Shown in pieces: positions 51,336-61,157 of a stretch of DNA of 64,000 nt; the stretch's first letter is position 1; each line of letters begins with the position of its first letter. Below the pieces are notes generated by a model, which did no database searches, was not told where the DNA came from, and saw nothing but the letters and a program-made list of their open reading frames with translations. Made by a program: the position numbers and the translations under genes. The stretch lies in the NCBI GenBank assembly GCA_964362865.1, contig CAYIGD010000002.1:4253-68252 (forward strand). The letters are read 5' to 3'. The stretch is from an uncultured Candidatus Saccharibacteria bacterium (lineage in GTDB: Bacteria; Patescibacteriota; UBA1384; JAGVHQ01).

Positions 51336-52664
51336 CTAGCGCGTGAAATCGGCCTCGAGTGCACCGTCAAAGAGCACGCGATCGTCACGGATGAGGCGTA
51401 GCGTTTCCTCAGTTGCGCCAACCTGCTTCAATACGCGGGTTTTTGAACGGATGGATATGGATGAGGCGTATGAAAGTTCAACGACAGTTGATTGCCCAAC
51501 CGCCGTATCAGCCCAAAAACCGATTATTTTTTGACCATAGCGCAGCGTTGAAGATACTTTTTGCATAATTGGAAACCCCTGCGGGTTCGTTTCAAGCAGA
51601 AACGGATTCTTGCCGATATCTGCTCCGTTTACTAAAATTGCATTCAGTTGGGCGTCAGAGGGCACGATTATCTCCAGATAATTCGCGTCATCTCCATCGG
51701 GCCAAGAATATGAGCCAACATGGGTTCTGGTAATCCGTACATTTGTGAATCGAGCAGCGCCGACTGTTTGTTCATCAATATCTGTGTGCTGTCGAATCGA
51801 CCGCGAACTTTTTGCCTGATCAAGGTTTGCGTTGACAACTGCGAATATGGGTTCGGGGTCGGTCGGGACTCTTCCGGCCCAATTCCACTTCTCGACTCGT
51901 TGCTGATTTTGCGCGTTCCCAAACCAAAAGACGATTTGCTTTTCGCGTGCGAGGCGCGCGACATACCGAGCCAGCGTAACCGCATTTGTTTTTTTTATTT
52001 TTTCCAAGAATGGTGGGATGAGATTAGCAATGATGGTCTTCGGCTCGTTCATGTTAATATTTTCTTCTTGGGCGTAATATCCTTTTTCGACCTCATACTG
52101 AATTTGCGCAAAAAAATTCTCATGCGTTACTGTAAGGTTTTGTTCTGGAATGTAGATCGGCCCGGTGAGCTTCACAAGGGCTTCAGCAGCAGTGAGGGTG
52201 ATACCAATCACTCCATCAATTGATTCGCTCTTCGGCGCACCGTGCTCGTAAAACCACTGAACATGTTGAGCCGAATCGGCAAAGTCGGGATACCAGTTAG
52301 CGTCATGGAGTGCCCATCGGCCTTCATGATTAACGCGGCGAAGTGGTTCAGGGGGCTCCACTATATTTTCGGTAATAAAAGCGTTGTCACGTTTGTAGAT
52401 GTTTGTTTCAACTGCTAGATCTTTAATTGCGCCGTCTTCAAACTGAACACGAGCAAAACTACCAATAAATCCCCCGCCCGGGCGAATCTCACTATTGTTG
52501 AGAAATAATAAGAGGTACTTGCCAGATTTTGTATTCTGGTATAAACCATACAGATCGACAACCGGGGTAGCGAGCGCAAAAGTCGAGGTGCCCAACGCTA
52601 AAATTATCAGAGTGAGAAGCCCCTTGAGTACGAAGTGCGCGCCCAACCTAGGAGCACGTGCCAT
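51336..52664 (-). CDS. DUF4012-domain membrane-anchored protein
   Basis: YLLLFLNNSEIRPGGGFIGS, DANWYPDF, IDGVIGI motifs. Confidence 0.82.
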   Translation of the reverse strand: MARAPRLGAHFVLKGLLTLIILALGTSTFALATPVVDLYGLYQNTKSGKYLLLFLNNSEIRPGGGFIGSFARVQFEDGAIKDLAVETNIYKRDNAFITENIVEPPEPLRRVNHEGRWALHDANWYPDFADSAQHVQWFYEHGAPKSESIDGVIGITLTAAEALVKLTGPIYIPEQNLTVTHENFFAQIQYEVEKGYYAQEENINMNEPKTIIANLIPPFLEKIKKTNAVTLARYVARLAREKQIVFWFGNAQNQQRVEKWNWAGRVPTDPEPIFAVVNANLDQAKSSRSIRQHTDIDEQTVGAARFTNVRITRTHVGSYSWPDGDDANYLEIIVPSDAQLNAILVNGADIGKNPFLLETNPQGFPIMQKVSSTLRYGQKIIGFWADTAVGQSTVVELSYASSISIRSKTRVLKQVGATEETLRLIRDDRVLFDGALEADFTR

Positions 52665-52670
52665 CGCCGA

Positions 52671-53282
52671 CTACGCTTCGCGGACGATGTAGAGAACCGT
52701 CCCCCATAAAACGAGTACCGCTAGAGCGGCTCCTAAAAAGCCGGTTAGGGCGAGAAGGCCGATATTAACTTGATTGGCAGAGGTGTACACGGGGGAGGCA
52801 ATAATTTGATATGTATCCTGTTCACCTTGCGATATTTGAGCAAGGCGCTCGCTAAAGATTGTGTGGCTCGCCAGGGCTAGGCGATCAGCATCATCTTTGC
52901 TGCCAGAGCGAAAACGGACAGCTAGGTTTGCCGGGGGGCGTTTTGTAGCGCGGATTAGCTTGCCAACTTTAGCGGGCTTTACGCTCGGTAATTCAACTTG
53001 TGCCGCTCGATATACTTGCTCAACAATTCCAGGGCTTACAAACCACGCTTGAATAATGTCGGCATACTGCTGACTCGCAAGCGTAATGTAATACTGGTCA
53101 TACAGATAGTAATCGGTTTTTTGCTGCGAAAGTGCTGACGATTTACTAACCGTCCAGGTCGTTGCGGCGTCATAGGTTGTGGCAAGACGACTCGTGATGA
53201 CGAATATTAAACCTGCAACAACGATTCCCACACCAACCGCAATCGGAATTGACTTTAGAAATGATTGAAAATCCTTTTTCAT
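52671..53282 (-). CDS. Wzz/CpsC-like polysaccharide co-polymerase / chain-length protein
   Basis: N- and C-terminal TM helices flanking an extracytoplasmic loop (Y.A.T motif); lies in a glycan locus. Confidence 0.55.
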   Translation of the reverse strand: MKKDFQSFLKSIPIAVGVGIVVAGLIFVITSRLATTYDAATTWTVSKSSALSQQKTDYYLYDQYYITLASQQYADIIQAWFVSPGIVEQVYRAAQVELPSVKPAKVGKLIRATKRPPANLAVRFRSGSKDDADRLALASHTIFSERLAQISQGEQDTYQIIASPVYTSANQVNIGLLALTGFLGAALAVLVLWGTVLYIVREA

Positions 53283-53286
53283 GCGT

Positions 53287-54378
53287 TTATTTTTTCACAA
53301 GCGGGGCGTACTCGTAAACAGCGCTGCGAACTTCATTTTGAAATCGCCTCCGAGCAAAGCGGCGTGCCGCTTGAACCAGTGCCCCACGATCCCATATCCT
53401 GCGCTGCTCGCGCTCTAAGGCACGAGTTAGTGAAGAAATCGTCGGTTCGGGGAAAAATACTCCGGTCTGGGAGCTTAGGATTTCTTGAGCTCCGCCAGCT
53501 TGATACGCAATTACCGGTCTGCCAGAGGCAAGTGCTTCCACGGCTGTGATCCCAAAGTCTTCTTCTTGGGGGAAGATCAGGGCGCGTGATTTCTTGTATA
53601 GTTGGGGAATCTGTCGGTCCGAGACAAAGCCAAGGAATTTAACGGAGGGTCCCGCATCGTGTTCAAGCGCAGTGCGGCTGCTCCCAATACCAGCAACGAT
53701 GAGCTTGGCGTTGGTCCTCTTGACTGCCCCAATCGCTAGATCAACGCGTTTGTGAGGTTCTAAACGGCTGATTATGAGATACGGCGCGTTAGTTGGAATG
53801 GGAGTAGGTTTGAAACGTTCAATATCTACAGGCGGGTAGATAACGCGCGCGGTACGCCGATAGAACTTTTTGATCCGCTGGGCAACAGTATGGGAATTAG
53901 CAATGAAATGATCTACGCGTTGGGCGGCGTTGTAATCCCACGCGCGAAAAAACGTCGCGCCCAGCGGTAAAAATCGCTCCAGAAGCCGTCCAACATGCTG
54001 GAGCGCCTCATCTCTTTGGTGCCACAAGTACCGTGTTGGGGTGTGACAGTAACAAATGTGTACGGTTTCGGGTTGCGTAATAATGCCTTTGATGAAGCTG
54101 TGGGCACTCGAAATCACGACATCGTATCCGGCAAGGTCGAACTGTTCTACGTGATACGGCATCAGAGCTCGTGCGCGGTTGATGTGGAGGCGGGCCCAGC
54201 GGTGCCGATTCAAGTTGCTCGGGATAATTTTTGCCGCACGAATTCGAGCACTGGTTGTTTTTGGTTCGTACAAAAGCGTAAAGACTGGGGCATCCGGAAA
54301 GACGTCCAGTAGGGCCTCCAGGACACGCTCAGCGCCTCCGTATTTAACTAAGTAGTCATGAACCAGCGCCACGCGCAC
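53287..54378 (-). CDS. Glycosyltransferase family 4
   Basis: HDYL..YGGAERV, YCHTPTRY, EDFGITAVEALASG. Confidence 0.93.
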   Translation of the reverse strand: MRVALVHDYLVKYGGAERVLEALLDVFPDAPVFTLLYEPKTTSARIRAAKIIPSNLNRHRWARLHINRARALMPYHVEQFDLAGYDVVISSAHSFIKGIITQPETVHICYCHTPTRYLWHQRDEALQHVGRLLERFLPLGATFFRAWDYNAAQRVDHFIANSHTVAQRIKKFYRRTARVIYPPVDIERFKPTPIPTNAPYLIISRLEPHKRVDLAIGAVKRTNAKLIVAGIGSSRTALEHDAGPSVKFLGFVSDRQIPQLYKKSRALIFPQEEDFGITAVEALASGRPVIAYQAGGAQEILSSQTGVFFPEPTISSLTRALEREQRRIWDRGALVQAARRFARRRFQNEVRSAVYEYAPLVKK

Positions 54379-55800
54379 CTAATACGCCCCTTTACCTTTT
54401 AGGACAATCCAGATCGTTTTCAAAAGAATCGTTATATCGAGCCAAATTGACCAGTTCTCAATGTACGTGAGATCGAGTCGGACCCATTCGTCAAATGGGA
54501 TGTCGCTACGGCCGGAAACCTGCCAGAGACCGGTAAGTCCGGGCTTAATATGCAATCGCCGACGTTGCCAGGAAGTATAATGCTCGACTTCTTCCACCAT
54601 CGGGGGGCGGGGGCCGACAAGGCTCATTTCTCCCCGCACGACATTCCATAACTGCGGCAGCTCGTCCAGGCTGGAGCGGCGCACGTAAGAGCCAAAGCGC
54701 GTTACCCTTGGATCCTCTTTCAGTTTAAACATCACCCCGTGGCGTTCCATCAATTCCTGGTGCTGCTCGTTTGCTCCGACGCGCATCGTACGGAACTTAT
54801 AGCAATTGAATGTTTTACGCTCCGAGATGCGCTTCTGAGAGAAAAAGATCGGACCAGAAGAGGTGAGTTTGATCCCCAGCGCGATCGTAAGAAAAACAGG
54901 AAGAAGCAGGAGGATACCGAGCAGTGCCCCGACTAGATCAAAGATGCGTTTGAACACCCGCCCCCAGCCGTCCAATGGAGTCCGCAGGTACGTTACGATT
55001 GGAACCCGGCCGATGGTGGAGGGCTCGACGTTTGTGGCCCGTACCTCATATAAGCTGGGTACGATTCTCACAGTCGCGTGCTCATGCTCGGCGGTTTCCA
55101 GCAGGTTCACGTTCGTTGTTATTGGTAATTGCGGATCCGCGACAAGTACCTCGTCAATTGCGCGAGAGTGTAAGATCTCCTTCAGATCTTCCAGTTTTCC
55201 GATAATCGGGATGCCTTTGAGATTGGCGTTGCTCACGCCTGCTCGGGAACGAATGAGGCCCTTAAGGCGCATCCCTAAAGAGCGATCCGCAAGAATTTCC
55301 TTGACGAGCGCAGCTGCGGTTCCGTTAGTGCCAATGATTACGACACTGCGTACTCCCACCCCATAACGATATAAAAAGCGTTCCAGCGCGAGTAAAAGAA
55401 TGCGTGCCAGCATTACAATCACAATCGAAAAGATCCAAAAATACCCAACAACAAGCCGCGAACTTAAGGTTTGATTGGTGAAGAAGAGGTAACCCACGAT
55501 GAGCGCCACACCGGTTGCGATTCCTAAAAAAAGCCCGGCGAATAGATCAAATCCGCGACGGGACTGCTTGACATTATACAAACCGGCAAGCGCAAAAATA
55601 GCAATCAGGATCGGAATAAAACCGGCGATTAAGCGCAAGAAATCCGGTAGCGGTGCGATTTCAGACAATGGAAAACGCAGCACTCCCCCAAACAATTCGG
55701 GCTGAACGCGCAATTTATACGCTAAAAAAGCCGCTGCAAAGATGCTGAGGGCATCCACGGGGACCTCTAGAACTCGAAAGAAGAGCGCAGATCTTTTCAT
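54379..55800 (-). CDS. Polyprenyl-phosphate sugar phosphotransferase (WcaJ/CpsE-like priming transferase)
   Basis: 4 TM + CoA-binding-like region; KRIFD, KFRTM, SLDELPQL, SLVGPRP, KPGLTGLWQVSGR. Confidence 0.94.
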   Translation of the reverse strand: MKRSALFFRVLEVPVDALSIFAAAFLAYKLRVQPELFGGVLRFPLSEIAPLPDFLRLIAGFIPILIAIFALAGLYNVKQSRRGFDLFAGLFLGIATGVALIVGYLFFTNQTLSSRLVVGYFWIFSIVIVMLARILLLALERFLYRYGVGVRSVVIIGTNGTAAALVKEILADRSLGMRLKGLIRSRAGVSNANLKGIPIIGKLEDLKEILHSRAIDEVLVADPQLPITTNVNLLETAEHEHATVRIVPSLYEVRATNVEPSTIGRVPIVTYLRTPLDGWGRVFKRIFDLVGALLGILLLLPVFLTIALGIKLTSSGPIFFSQKRISERKTFNCYKFRTMRVGANEQHQELMERHGVMFKLKEDPRVTRFGSYVRRSSLDELPQLWNVVRGEMSLVGPRPPMVEEVEHYTSWQRRRLHIKPGLTGLWQVSGRSDIPFDEWVRLDLTYIENWSIWLDITILLKTIWIVLKGKGAY

Positions 55801-55816
55801 ACAAATTTCTTTATTG

Positions 55817-55846
55817 AGTGTAGCGCATCTTGTTCATCAGGTTCAA
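55817..55846 (-). promoter_or_regulatory. Promoter of the glycan module
   Basis: TTGAAC-18nt-TACACT. Confidence 0.5.
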
Positions 55847-55855
55847 GTTTAATAC

Positions 55856-55889
55856 GCAAGAAAATCCAACTTTCGTTGGATTTTCTTGC
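55856..55889 (-). terminator. 15-bp perfect hairpin 3' of the 67-aa gene (terminator or stabiliser)
   Basis: GCAAGAAAATCCAAC-GAAA-GTTGGATTTTCTTGC; no clear U-tract. Confidence 0.55.
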
Positions 55890-55909
55890 TCCACTCGGAA
55901 TTGAATCTG

Positions 55910-56113
55910 TTATCGGGCTTTTCTAAGCATAGGAAGACCAGTGCGAGAGTTTTCCATGACTTCGTATCCTGCGGGAAGACTATCGAGGGCACCGTCTTTG
56001 ACTTGGCGGCCAAAAAAGTAAATCGTCTGCAGACGCCCACCGCGCAGCGTAACGTCACGAGAGTGCAGGTAATAGGTTTCACCAGTCTTTTTCGAAGCGA
56101 CTGAATATGCCAT
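55910..56113 (-). CDS. Small hypothetical protein (67 aa)
   Basis: Strong SD GGAGGTGA, own promoter TTGACA-17-CATGAT (56158-56186), 3' hairpin. Confidence 0.85.
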   Translation of the reverse strand: MAYSVASKKTGETYYLHSRDVTLRGGRLQTIYFFGRQVKDGALDSLPAGYEVMENSRTGLPMLRKAR

Positions 56114-56216
56114 CTTGATTCACCTCCCCTCTTAACCTGTTATGCTAATTCCCCCTTATCATGGGTGTCAGTTACAGGTATGTCAAGAGGAGAGTCAAAA
56201 AAACTCATCTGGGTGA

Positions 56217-56828
56217 TTATTGACCCCGAGCTGTATCGGGCGTGTGCGTTAGATAAAGAAGCCCGATCTTGGTCAGTTCTGATTTTAAGATTTCGCGACT
56301 GCGTTGATCTTGCCACCACAGATCTTGCTGGTACCAACTCGCTCGGGCGGGCACGCTCACGACCGTAACATTTTTACCCAACGCACGTCTAAACGAAATC
56401 AATGCACGGCGCTGATGGTAGGCGGAACTGACTAAAATTATGGAATTAAGATGACGCTCTTTCACAATCTGGGCGACGTTGCGGGCGTTTTCAAACGTGT
56501 CCCGCGCATTTTCTTCCATGAGAATGTGGTCGTTACTTACGCCTTGTTTTCGGGCGAGAGCCCCCATTGCTTCGGCGTTTGAAACCTCTCCTGCGCGTGC
56601 CGCTCCGGAAAAGATGAGCAGCGGGGCAAAGCCCTCCTTGTACAAAGCGATCCCTTTTTCCGGCCGTTCCAAACCACCCCCTGAGATCACAACAATCGCA
56701 TCGGCCGCGTGCACAGCGTCTTCTGCCGCGATCCAGTTGCCTAACTTAGCGTAAAAAATATGCCGGCTCAGATACAGCACGGCGGTAAGAGCTAAAAAAA
56801 ATATAAAAATAAGAGCGAGTTTTTTCAT
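56217..56828 (-). CDS. YdcF/DUF218 family protein
   Basis: ADAIVVISGG, E..ARDTFENA, VSSAYHQRRA; ATGA overlap with sufU. Confidence 0.9.
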   Translation of the reverse strand: MKKLALIFIFFLALTAVLYLSRHIFYAKLGNWIAAEDAVHAADAIVVISGGGLERPEKGIALYKEGFAPLLIFSGAARAGEVSNAEAMGALARKQGVSNDHILMEENARDTFENARNVAQIVKERHLNSIILVSSAYHQRRALISFRRALGKNVTVVSVPARASWYQQDLWWQDQRSREILKSELTKIGLLYLTHTPDTARGQ

Positions 56829-57190
56829 TTTTGCAGGACAGAGTGCAAAGCTAAAATAGGTAAGAACGTACATTGAGCGCGTGCCGGGTTTGGAGAAATA
56901 CCAAGTTCTTTTAAGAGCGTGCCCGGCGTAATCGTAGCAATTTCTGTTTGCGATTTTCCAACAATCATATCGGAAAGCACAGAGGCCGCCGCAATCGAAA
57001 CTGCGCATCCTGAGGTCAAAAAAGCGACCTCCGCTAAGATATCTTTTTCCCAACGCACTTGGATTCTCACAGAGTCGCCACAGGCCTCATTTGTTTTGAT
57101 CGCTTCAGCATCCGCTTTGCTCAACGCTTGTGCGTGATGCGGAGTGCGAAAGTGGTCGAGAATGATTTGGCGGTACAGTTCTGAGCTCAT
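56825..57190 (-). CDS. sufU: Fe-S scaffold / sulfur acceptor SufU (IscU-like)
   Basis: LYRQIILDH, NEACGD, GCAVSIAAAS, RAQC. Confidence 0.9.
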   Translation of the reverse strand: MSSELYRQIILDHFRTPHHAQALSKADAEAIKTNEACGDSVRIQVRWEKDILAEVAFLTSGCAVSIAAASVLSDMIVGKSQTEIATITPGTLLKELGISPNPARAQCTFLPILALHSVLQK

Positions 57191-58392
57191 CTAAAAACTC
57201 GGTGTACTTTCTCAAGTCCTTCAATCAGCCGGTCTACATCGGTTTTACTGGTATACACATGGATTGATGCGCGTACACTGGGGGGAAGCCGATACGCTTC
57301 ATGCAGAGGTTGGGCGCAATGAAAACCAGCTCTGACGGCCACCGTGTACTCGTCCAAAATACTTGCCACATCATGCGCTGGAACACCATCGAGTTGAAAT
57401 GCGAATACCCCCAGTCGCTCCTGTGCCTCCGATGGGCCGAATAACGTAATAAACGGCAACTGTTTCAGTTGCGCGAGGGTATAGACTATAATTTCTTGTT
57501 CATGCTCTTTCAGTGCGTCCAAGCCCAAATGAGCCATGTATTCAACAGCAGCGCCTAAGCCAATCGCCTCTGCGATCGGGGGCGTACCTGCCTCATAGCG
57601 CAGAGGAGCGTCATTCAAGCTAAATTCATCCGCGTGCACTTGGCCAATCATGGAGCCGCCATAGGTAACGGGGCTTAATTGCTCCAAGTATTTTTCCTTT
57701 ACCCAAAGAATTCCGATCCCACTGGGGCCAAGCATTTTATGTCCTGAAAAAAAAGCGAAATCAGGATTAAGCGCGCCCACGTCAATCCCCATGTGGGGAA
57801 CGCTTTGACTGATGTCCAACAGCACCACTGCCCCGGCGCGGTGCGCGGCTGCGATTAAGCTCTGAACATCATTGACCGTCCCGAGCACGTTCGAAGCGTG
57901 TATCAGAGCAACAAAATCTGGTTTTTTCTCAAGAAGTTTGTAAAACTCTTTCACGTTGATTCGGAAGTGACTTGTTAAAGGGGCGATATCAAGCGTTGTC
58001 CCGAACTCTTGCGCGAATTCCAGAGCAGGCACGAAATGGGCATGGTGTTCCATCATTGTGATTAGAATTCTGCTCTTTTGGTTAAGGAATTTCCCCGCCC
58101 ACCCACGAAACACCATATTCGACGATTCAGTCGCGTTACGCGTAAAAATGATCTGCCTAGCGGTGGGCGAACCGATAAATGCCGCGATTTTCTCGCGGGC
58201 GTTTTCGTACCTTTGAGTAGCATATTCACTCAAGTGGTATATACCGCGGTGCACGTTGGCGCTGTAGTGCTCATAGTACTTATCCATCGCTTCGATTACA
58301 GATTGCGGCCGCAAAGAGCTGGCGGCTGAATCGAGATAGATCAAGCCGGTGTTGTTTTTGAGAACACTAAAATCTCCTCGTACATCAAGCAT
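57187..58392 (-). CDS. sufS: Cysteine desulfurase SufS
   Basis: YLDSAAS, ANVHRG, SGHKMLGP, EAGTP, RAGFHCA. Confidence 0.96.
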   Translation of the reverse strand: MLDVRGDFSVLKNNTGLIYLDSAASSLRPQSVIEAMDKYYEHYSANVHRGIYHLSEYATQRYENAREKIAAFIGSPTARQIIFTRNATESSNMVFRGWAGKFLNQKSRILITMMEHHAHFVPALEFAQEFGTTLDIAPLTSHFRINVKEFYKLLEKKPDFVALIHASNVLGTVNDVQSLIAAAHRAGAVVLLDISQSVPHMGIDVGALNPDFAFFSGHKMLGPSGIGILWVKEKYLEQLSPVTYGGSMIGQVHADEFSLNDAPLRYEAGTPPIAEAIGLGAAVEYMAHLGLDALKEHEQEIIVYTLAQLKQLPFITLFGPSEAQERLGVFAFQLDGVPAHDVASILDEYTVAVRAGFHCAQPLHEAYRLPPSVRASIHVYTSKTDVDRLIEGLEKVHRVFR

Positions 58393-58427
58393 CGCACGTT
58401 CATTTTACCCTACATCTAAGCAACGCT

Positions 58428-59012
58428 CTAGGGTAAACCGGCAATAATCTGACGGTGTGTTTTTCGGGGTGCAATTTGAGACGCCTCGAAAAGAAACGCT
58501 TCTGCCACAAAACGCTCGGCAGCCTTACGTGAAATTCCGCGCGATTGAAGATAAAAAAGGTACTCGGGATTGATCGGAGCGGCAGTGGCGGCATGCGAGG
58601 CCTTCACCTCGTTTGCTTCGATCTCGAGCGACGGGAAAGCATTTGCGCTCGCCCCCTCGCTTAAAATGAGCGAGTCCTGGCGTAGAAAATCAACGGAGTG
58701 TTGGGCCTGTTTTTCTATTTTAATCATTCCTGCAAAATCAAATTGTGCTGTGTCAGTGACAATTGCCTTTACAAGCGTTTCACTTTTGGTATGGGGGGCT
58801 TTGTGAACTGTATCAACGCGTAGCTTCAGCTCGTTTTGCCCGTTGAGTACTCCCGCTCCGAAGACGCGGCACTGCGCGGCTTCCGCTTTCAGAACTAGCG
58901 TACAACTAAAATTACCGCTAAGTCCAGTAAACGGGATAAAGAAATCCACGGGATTCTGATCGGTAATCGTAATTGTTTGTGAGGGTTTGCTCAGTGCGAG
59001 TACTTTAACCAA
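58428..59012 (-). CDS. sufD: Fe-S assembly protein SufD (short)
   Basis: PSLEIEANEVKASHAAT, LFYLQSRGI. Confidence 0.9.
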   Translation of the reverse strand: MVKVLALSKPSQTITITDQNPVDFFIPFTGLSGNFSCTLVLKAEAAQCRVFGAGVLNGQNELKLRVDTVHKAPHTKSETLVKAIVTDTAQFDFAGMIKIEKQAQHSVDFLRQDSLILSEGASANAFPSLEIEANEVKASHAATAAPINPEYLFYLQSRGISRKAAERFVAEAFLFEASQIAPRKTHRQIIAGLP

Positions 59013-60414
59013 CGCTACCTTCCATTTCCAACAAGATTAGGCGGTTGAGCTCGATGGCGTACTCAAGCGGTAAGGTTTTCACGATCGGCTCAATGAAGCC
59101 GTTGACGACCATCGCGGATGCCTCCGTTTCCGAAAGACCCCTCGAGCGCAGATAAAACAGCTGTTCATCCCCGATTTTACTGACGGTTGCCTCGTGTCCG
59201 ATTGTAACGTTTTTAGCGCGTACCTCAATCGTGGGGTAGGTATCGGAACGGCTTAGCTTGTCCAAGATTAAGGCGTCGCAACGCACTGTTGAGCGCGCGC
59301 TGTCGGCTTGGGGCGTGATATGGAGCAAGCCGCGATATGAGGTGCGTCCACCGCCTTTAGAGATTGACTTAGAGGTAATAAGCGAGGTTGTTTCAGGTGC
59401 GACGTGAATTGCCTTGCCGCCGGCGTCTTGATGCTGACCCGCTCCCGCAAACGCGAGCGATAATACCTCGCCGTGTGCCTTGCGGCCCACCAAATATACA
59501 CTGGGGTATTTCATCGTAACCCGAGAGCCCAAATTCCCGTCAATCCACTCCATAACGCCTTCTTCTTCCACCCGGGCGCGCTTAGTGACAAGGTTGTACA
59601 CATCTTTCGACCAGTTTTGAATCGTAGTATAACGCACTCGCGCGCCTTTTTTGACAAAGATTTCCACTACGGCCGCGTGTAAAGAGTCCGAGGCATAAAC
59701 GGGCGCGGTACAACCCTCGACATAGTGCACGGATGAGCCCTCTTCCGCGACAATCAGGGTCCGCTCAAACTGCCCCATATTCTTGGCGTTAATGCGGAAA
59801 TAAGCCTGGAGCGGTAATTCAACATGCACGCCTGAGGGAATGTACACAAACGATCCGCCTGACCACGCGGCTGAGTTGAGTGCCGCAAACTTATTGTCGG
59901 AAGCTGGAATGAGCTTTCCAAAGTACTGCTGTACGATTTCCGGGTGTTCGCGCAAGCCGGAATCCATGTCGGTAAAGATCACTCCCTGTTTAGAAAGTTT
60001 CTCGTGCACGGAGTGGTAGATCACTTCCGAGTCATACTGCGCGCCCACACCGGCTAGGTATTTTTGTTCGGCCTGAGGAATTCCCAGCCGGTCGAAAGTG
60101 CGTTTCATGCTTGAAGGGACGTCATCCCACGATTTAAGCTGAACGGAGACTGGTTTGAGGTAGTAGAAAATGGTGTCGAAGTTGATTCGCGAAAGATCAG
60201 CGCCCCAAGTGGGCATTTGTTTAGCCTGAAAGGTTTGATAGCTTTGCAAGCGAAACGCCCTCATCCATGAAGGCTCATGCTTGTGGTTCGAGATTGACTC
60301 GACCACGGTACTCGAAAGCCCACGGGGGGCTTTATACACCGATTCCTCAGGTTCGTTAAAACCGAAGCGGTACGTATCGAGTTCGGCAGCGATTTTGTTC
60401 TGGATGCTTTTCAT
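59005..60414 (-). CDS. sufB: Fe-S assembly protein SufB
   Basis: GQFERTLI, YVEGCTAP, HEATVSKI, LEMEGSVG. Confidence 0.98.
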   Translation of the reverse strand: MKSIQNKIAAELDTYRFGFNEPEESVYKAPRGLSSTVVESISNHKHEPSWMRAFRLQSYQTFQAKQMPTWGADLSRINFDTIFYYLKPVSVQLKSWDDVPSSMKRTFDRLGIPQAEQKYLAGVGAQYDSEVIYHSVHEKLSKQGVIFTDMDSGLREHPEIVQQYFGKLIPASDNKFAALNSAAWSGGSFVYIPSGVHVELPLQAYFRINAKNMGQFERTLIVAEEGSSVHYVEGCTAPVYASDSLHAAVVEIFVKKGARVRYTTIQNWSKDVYNLVTKRARVEEEGVMEWIDGNLGSRVTMKYPSVYLVGRKAHGEVLSLAFAGAGQHQDAGGKAIHVAPETTSLITSKSISKGGGRTSYRGLLHITPQADSARSTVRCDALILDKLSRSDTYPTIEVRAKNVTIGHEATVSKIGDEQLFYLRSRGLSETEASAMVVNGFIEPIVKTLPLEYAIELNRLILLEMEGSVG

Positions 60415-61157
60415 CAGCTAATTTTTTGCTCTGCAAGCTGCGCATAACCGGTTTTTTCAAGTTTTTTAGCAAGTCCAAATGTTCCTGAGCGCACGATTGT
60501 CCCACGCAACATAATATGTACAAAATCGGGTTTGATAAAATTGAGCAGCCGCTGGTAGTGCGTAATCAAGACAATTGCGCGCTTTGCACTACGCAAAGCG
60601 TTAATCCCGCTCGCAACGGTGCCAAGCGAATCAATATCCAGCCCGGAGTCGGTTTCGTCTAAAATCGCGTACGCGGGTTCCAGTACGGCCATCTGCAGGA
60701 TTTCGTTGCGCTTTTTCTCTCCACCCGAGAAGTTTTCGTTCAGGGAACGCTCGATGAAGTCGTCTTTAATGTGCAAAGGGCGCGCTTTTTCTTGAACCAA
60801 GCGGCGCAGTTTAATGGGAGTAAGCTTTTCTTTTTTGAGCGAATTGTAGGCAAGGCGTAAAAAAGCGGTAATGCTGACTCCCGGGATTTCAATGGGGTAC
60901 TGAAATCCCAAAAATAAGCCCAGTTGGGCGCGCTTCTCAGGCATTAGGCGGTTGATTATTTTTCCATCCAAGATGATTTTCCCCTTAGTAATCGCGTAAC
61001 TTGGATGTCCCATGAGTACGTGTGCCAAGGTTGATTTACCGCTCCCATTCGGGCCCATGATCGCGTGCACTTCACCCTTGTTCACCGTAAGGTCAAGCCC
61101 ATGCAGGATCGCTACTTTTCCTGCGCTTACGTGCAGGTTGGAAATCGCTAGACTCAT
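60414..61157 (-). CDS. sufC: Fe-S assembly ATPase SufC
   Basis: MGPNGSGKST, FSGGEKKRNE, LDETDSGLD, ITHYQR. Confidence 0.98.
   Translation of the reverse strand: MSLAISNLHVSAGKVAILHGLDLTVNKGEVHAIMGPNGSGKSTLAHVLMGHPSYAITKGKIILDGKIINRLMPEKRAQLGLFLGFQYPIEIPGVSITAFLRLAYNSLKKEKLTPIKLRRLVQEKARPLHIKDDFIERSLNENFSGGEKKRNEILQMAVLEPAYAILDETDSGLDIDSLGTVASGINALRSAKRAIVLITHYQRLLNFIKPDFVHIMLRGTIVRSGTFGLAKKLEKTGYAQLAEQKIS

Noticed and set aside
33396-60414. Inteins or introns in rpoC, rpoB, gyrA, gyrB or sufB
   Set aside because: Lengths are normal and no splicing motifs or interruptions were seen
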